Assembly (NCBI GenBank): GCA_964016885.1
Contig: OZ024746.1
Coordinates: forward strand, 17,608,001-17,672,000
DNA from: Eledone cirrhosa
Taxonomy: Eukaryota
DNA: 64,000 nucleotides
Direction: 5' to 3'
The notes under the pieces are model-generated. The model was not told where the DNA came from. It saw nothing but the letters and a program-made list of their open reading frames with translations, and did no database searches. Below, piece by piece: positions 63,545-64,000 of the stretch (position 1 is its first letter; each line of letters starts with the position of its first letter). The translations under genes and the position numbers were made by a program.

Positions 63545-64000
63545 ACAACAATGCAGAGGGAAATCTCGAGGTAGGAAGTGAATGATAGATAGGAGAAATA
63601 GGAGAAAGTGAAAATTGAGAGAGACAAAGATGAAAACAAAACAAAGGTAGAAGGGTTACCGTAGTGGAGATTTAATCCCAATATTTCGGGCTCACGCCCA
63701 TCAACGGGGGGAAACAGGCCAAGCCGGAGAAAGTTGTGATGTCGTTAAAACAGGAATGCCGTTAGCGGCATTCCTGTTTTAACGACATCACAACTTTCTC
63801 CGGCTTGGCCTGTTTCCCCCCCTTTTGGAACTTTCCCCCGTTGATGGGCGTGAGCCCGAAATATTGGGATTAAATCTCCACTACGGTAACCCTTCTACCT
63901 TTGTTTTGTTTTCATCTTTGTCTCTCTCAATTTTCACTTTCTCCTATTTCTCCTATCTATCATTCACTTTCTACCTCGAGATTTCCCTCTGCATTGTTGT
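63545..64000. mobile_element. Fold-back element family C (runs off window end) with degenerate hammerhead motif
   Basis: Palindrome centred ~63773, arms >220 bp, one ~17-bp indel; TCCC-CCGTTGA-t-GGGC-gtga-GCCC-GAAA-TA-TT-GGGA at 63834-63869; begins just after (TA)n. Confidence 0.65.

Overview
Eukaryotic, AT-rich, microsatellite-dense DNA with a repeat landscape typical of a coleoid cephalopod (octopus-like; inferred, not proven). The long ORFs in the track are almost all artefacts of tandem repeats. The real coding content is one intron-rich minus-strand gene (21469 to at least 63010, 5' end outside the window), which I reconstructed by hand from 25 GT-AG exons with consistent phases plus one candidate optional exon. 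It encodes a receptor-type protein tyrosine phosphatase: C-terminal part of a fucolectin/galactose-binding-like domain, six MEGF10/SREC-type EGF-like modules (one per exon), a TM helix, a D1 PTP domain ([10 protein letters not shown], but WSD instead of WPD), a degenerate D2 domain (HCLNGAERSG) and a YGNV C-terminus. Introns and flanks hold about 40 tRNA-derived SINE copies or fragments with strong orientation bias, RTE and other LINE fragments, MITEs, a Helitron-like piece and many minisatellites. The most striking signal is several unrelated families of short, non-coding fold-back (palindromic) elements, usually next to (TA)n, carrying minimal type-I hammerhead ribozyme motifs (CUGAAGA/UUGAGAA - stem II - GAAA - very short, often palindromic stem III - UH - stem I). 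They look like non-autonomous Penelope-like/retrozyme-like elements, and several sit in introns of the phosphatase gene. Repeat boundaries are approximate; exon boundaries were read base by base.
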